DNA of 63,654 nt, filler included, from Octopus bimaculoides (taxonomy: Eukaryota), in the NCBI RefSeq assembly GCF_001194135.2. It is 9 parts of 9 records of this genome, joined end to end, with 100 filler letters (N's around TTAATTAATTAA, not from the genome) between each part and the next. Parts side by side here need not be neighbours in the genome. Positions count along the whole stretch, not along the records: positions 58,791 to 62,262 come from NC_068990.1; positions 62,363 to 63,654 come from NC_068999.1; 7 more parts are not named here. One strand, written 5' to 3'. A program made the translations under genes and the position numbers. The first letter of the stretch is position 1, and every line of letters begins with the position of its first letter. The notes beneath the pieces are model-generated. The model searched no databases. It saw only the letters and a program-made list of their open reading frames with translations, and had not been told where the DNA came from. Below are positions 59,546 through 63,654 of the stretch, in pieces.

Positions 59546-59744
59546 GTGAGTGAGAATTAATTGTTTTCATAACACAAATGACGTAGCGAATGAAACAGGA
59601 TTTCGAAAGCAGTCAATAAATACATCAAGATTCAAAGCCAAGCTTAAATGCTTTTAGCTTCAGCAGTTAGAAAAAGAGACAAAGTGAAAGAGACAGGTTG
59701 AATCAAGCCTAGCTTTGTTACCAGTTTATCTTCGACAGTTCAAC

Positions 59745-59799
59745 ATGAATAGAATCGCTCTCTGTTTGATAGCTATTTCTCTTCTGACCATCTGTCAAT
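59745..59799 (+). CDS. First coding exon of an unidentified secreted/membrane protein: signal peptide MNRIALCLIAISLLTICQ, phase-1 intron follows
   Basis: Acceptor TTTATCTTCGACAG| at 59738, invertebrate Kozak-like CAACATG, basic n-region + hydrophobic h-region, donor T|GTGAGT at 59799/59800. 55 coding nt. Confidence 0.7.
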
Positions 59800-60096
59800 G
59801 TGAGTACACACCAATTATTTCTTCATCTTACGCTTGTATTTTTCTTGTGTAATTAAAAACAAAAAACGCTTTCAAAGCAACAAGTAGTTTTATTTATGAG
59901 AAAATATATTTATTTAATTTCATTTTAAATAGGTATTTATTTATTTCTTGGAAAATTGGTCAATTATTATTTACGTTCTCAACAGTTTAAACTTTTTTTT
60001 CTATGAATGAGGCAAAAGTTTTATATTTATATCACAGAATATATACGTCACAAAACTGGTTGTACACTTGTCATTTTTTTACATATGGTTATATCA

Positions 60097-60260
<164 letters not shown>

Positions 60261-60773
60261 GTCTGTCTATCTATCTATCTATGTATCTATCTATCAATTT
60301 ATCTATCTATTCATGTATGTGTATGTATATGTATAGATATATATGTGTACACACACACGTGTGTCCGTGCGCGCGCGCGTGTGTGTGTGTGTTTAGTAAG
60401 AGAGGGTGAGTGGCATTTATAAATAAGATATATAAAATAGATATGTGAATGAAAACTTTACATATCTTTCTTGATCTCTTGTTAACACAAATATATTTTA
60501 TTCTTTAAACTTCCAACAAAAACTGATTTATTGTTGTCATAGCAACAATCATCTATTGAAAATGCCAACAACATAAGTTGAAGATTTTACTTGGAATACC
60601 TTTTTCCGTTCCTTTCTTTTTCTCTTTTGTTTTTAGACAAAAATGTATCAGAAATGCATTATCAAGATTCTGCTTAACATTTAGAAACACATGCTGCTGC
60701 ACACATATGCATGTCTCACCAGTCTCTCTCTCTCTTACTCAATAACTATCAATCAACATATATATGTGTGAAA

Positions 60774-60804
<31 letters not shown>

Positions 60805-60948
60805 TGTATGTATGTATGGTAATGCAAACAGGAAAAATAGAATTCAAAATATATGTGTGTATGTATATATATATATATTTATATCGCTTTTTTAGAAAAT
60901 CATTAATTCGGAGAAGAAGAACACTTCTTTGAAAAGTAGAGCAGTCTG

Positions 60949-61136
60949 TATTTATTACTGGTGAAGGTAGGCTTATAGGGTTCCCCTGGGTTTCTCGCCA
61001 TAAAAGATGCCTTTACGGCATATCTTCAGACCCTAAGACCTGTTGGGCTTAAGGTATGAAGATATACCATAGAGGTATCCTTTATAGCGAGAAACCCAGG
61101 GGAACCCTATAAGCCAGCCTTCACAAGTAATAAATA
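60949..61136. repeat. 92-bp-arm foldback hairpin with 4-nt loop
   Basis: 60949-61040 vs 61045-61136: 80/92 complementary, including an unbroken 29-bp duplex (GGCTTATAGGGTTCCCCTGGGTTTCTCGC). Loop TGTT. Confidence 0.95.
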
Positions 61137-61323
61137 TATATATATATATATATATNNNNNNNNNNNNNNNNNNNNNNNNNNNNNNNNNNNNNNNNNNNNN
61201 NNNNNNNNNNNNNNNNNNNNNNNNNNNNNNNNNNNNNNNNNNNNNNNNNNNNNNNNNNNNNNNNNNNNNNNNNNNNNNNNNNNNNNNNNNNNNNNNNNNN
61301 NNNNNNNNNNNNNNNNNNNNNNN

Positions 61324-61358
61324 CTTTAACGTTTCGAGCTACGCTCTTCAACAGAAAG
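61324..61358 (-). ncRNA. Minimal type-I hammerhead-like motif with A6U core variant
   Basis: Minus strand CUUU-CUGUUGA-A-GAGC(GUA)GCUC-GAAA-CGU-U-AAAG: stem I 4 bp (then gap), stem II 4 bp, palindromic ACGU stem III. Confidence 0.6.
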
Positions 61359-61432
61359 AAAACGGAGAAAACAAGGAGAAAAACACGGAGAAAAAAAATT
61401 GAATGTTTTGGTCAGCGATTAATCATGGTGAC

Positions 61433-61830
61433 TGTGCAGGAGTGGGTGTGTGGTAATAAACTTGCTTCCCAACCACATAGTTCCTGGTTCAGTCCTACTG
61501 TGTGGCACCTTGGGCCAGTGTCTTCTACTATGGCCTCGGGCCAACTAAAACCAACCAAAACTGAAAGAAACCTGTCGTATATATATATATACATATTGTG
61601 CATGTGTGTATATGTATGTATGTATTTGTGTGCCTGTGTTTGTCCCACTGCCACCACTTGACAACAAATGGTGGTGCGTTTATGTCCCTGTAACTTAGTG
61701 GTTCAGCAAAAGAGACTGATAGAATAAGTACTAGGCTTGCAAAGAATAAGTCCTGGGGTTGATTTCTTCAACTAAAGGTGGTGCTACAGCATGGCCACAG
61801 TCAGATGACTGAAACAAGTAAAAGAAATAT
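61433..61830 (+). mobile_element. SINE family A, full length
   Basis: GTGCAGGAGTGGGTGTGTGGT...GTTCAGTCC...(TA/TG)n...GATGACTGAAACAAGTAAAAGA. Confidence 0.9.
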
Positions 61831-62096
61831 AAGAAATATACATATACATATATATATATACATATATATATATACATATATATATATACATATATATATA
61901 TATGCATACACACACACGCACGCACACATATTCACACACACATACAAACGTGTGCGTGTGTGTGTTTATAAAACAATAACACATAAATGGTGTTTAAATT
62001 AGTGACAGCTGGTTCAATAGAACTTTATTCACTCGTCATAAAAGATTACATAATATTATTACATATGTTTACATACACACACATGTGTATACATGG

Positions 62097-62128
<32 letters not shown>

Positions 62129-62362
62129 CATTTATTTAATTTATAAAACATGTGACATTAATAAAAATCTGTAAATGTACAACCATCCAGATTTCTGAGT
62201 ACCTTAATTTTTTTTTCTATAATATAATTCCTGTACATCACCTCCAAACCTTCCAATATATANNNNNNNNNNNNNNNNNNNNNNNNNNNNNNNNNNNNNN
62301 NNNNNNTTAATTAATTAANNNNNNNNNNNNNNNNNNNNNNNNNNNNNNNNNNNNNNNNNNNN

Positions 62363-62421
<59 letters not shown>

Positions 62422-62890
62422 CATACTCACACTCACATATGAATATATAGATGGATGGGTTAGGTAGGAGATATCTAATTCTGTATCTTTATATGAACAT
62501 ATGGTCTATCCTCTTAATTAACTAGCGAACCACAAATCTAAGGTAGTGAGATGTATTGAAATAATTTACGAATAAAATGAATACGATTATTTCTCATACA
62601 AACTGCCCCTAATTCTAAGAAATGTGAGACGTTGCGACCCTGAAAACATAACATTGAACTGAACAATGAATATCATTGAAACTTGGTGAATGTCTCAGAA
62701 TTTTCTAGAGTTGTTAGCTTAGTATTAATCGCGATTCTTCACCGTATCTCTCTGATAATCTACTTGCTTAATGGCAAAGATATGTTGAAGTAGCATCCAC
62801 ATTGATTATTTCGATAGCATCTAGGGATGAAAGGTTGAAAGATGTGTAGAAGACGTGTACATTGAGATAAATATCTCATATATATATATA

Positions 62891-62934
<44 letters not shown>

Positions 62935-63544
62935 GCCTTTAAGATATGGTATACATGAATATTATACGAATGTCAAATATATTCCTTATCGTATATATAA
63001 AAGATGTCATGCGCATGAACAACAATAGTTCAGGTTACGTTAACATACAGAATGCAGGGAATATTAAAGTACCCGCTTAGAAATAAGTTTTTTCAACAAC
63101 TAAGGGAGACAATTGCAGACATTGTTCAGTTCGAATTTGACCTCATCAGCCAAGTATGTTCTTTACATAGGATTTTGTTCTAATTAACAATTTTAATGCT
63201 CCCTGTGTCAAATATGTTGATACTAACTTAACGTCATTACACTACATATTGGAGATATTTGCGTATGAGAAATGCTCTCAAGAAATCTACTCTGTAGAGA
63301 CAGTTAATATGTATCTTTATAGTAATAATATTAATGATGATAATGATGATGATGATGATGATTTCTAAAATATTCCCGTAATATTATATAGTGAAACACT
63401 CTTCCTAAGCACCAAGAATACATGCGACACGATATAGCCTTTACTATATTTTGTAACTTGTAATTCTGTATCGATGCAGAAAATGTAACTGTTCATGTAT
63501 CACTGAGATTTTGCTCGTTTGATGGATTATACAGAGATGGAGAA

Positions 63545-63654
<110 letters not shown>

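Overview
AT-rich, gap-riddled animal genomic DNA, almost certainly from a coleoid cephalopod and most likely Octopus (recognised from memory of its tRNA-derived SINE families; not database-verified). Most of the window is microsatellite, scaffold gap or decayed transposable element. The elements are at least three tRNA-derived SINE families; R4/Dong-clade, RTE, CR1 and Tx1/L1-clade LINE fragments; several Penelope-like element (PLE) fragments; two mariner remnants; a Chapaev3-type (CMC) transposon; and a possible piggyBac relic. The only convincing host-gene signal is a + strand 5'-UTR exon plus a 55-nt signal-peptide exon at about 59.5-59.8 kb, the start of an unidentified secreted or membrane protein gene. 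Main highlights: (i) several minimal type-I hammerhead ribozyme motifs of the PLE/dimeric kind. One has a canonical core and sits behind a tRNA-type Pol III promoter, one has an A6U core, and one has a compensatory C3G/G8C core swap. (ii) R4/Dong LINEs that appear to split into (TAA)n-associated and (CATA)n-associated lineages. (iii) A set of long foldback hairpins and inverted SINE pairs that could form dsRNA. No CRISPR array, rRNA or convincing tRNA gene was found. TE coordinates are approximate (tens of bp); all alignments were done by eye.
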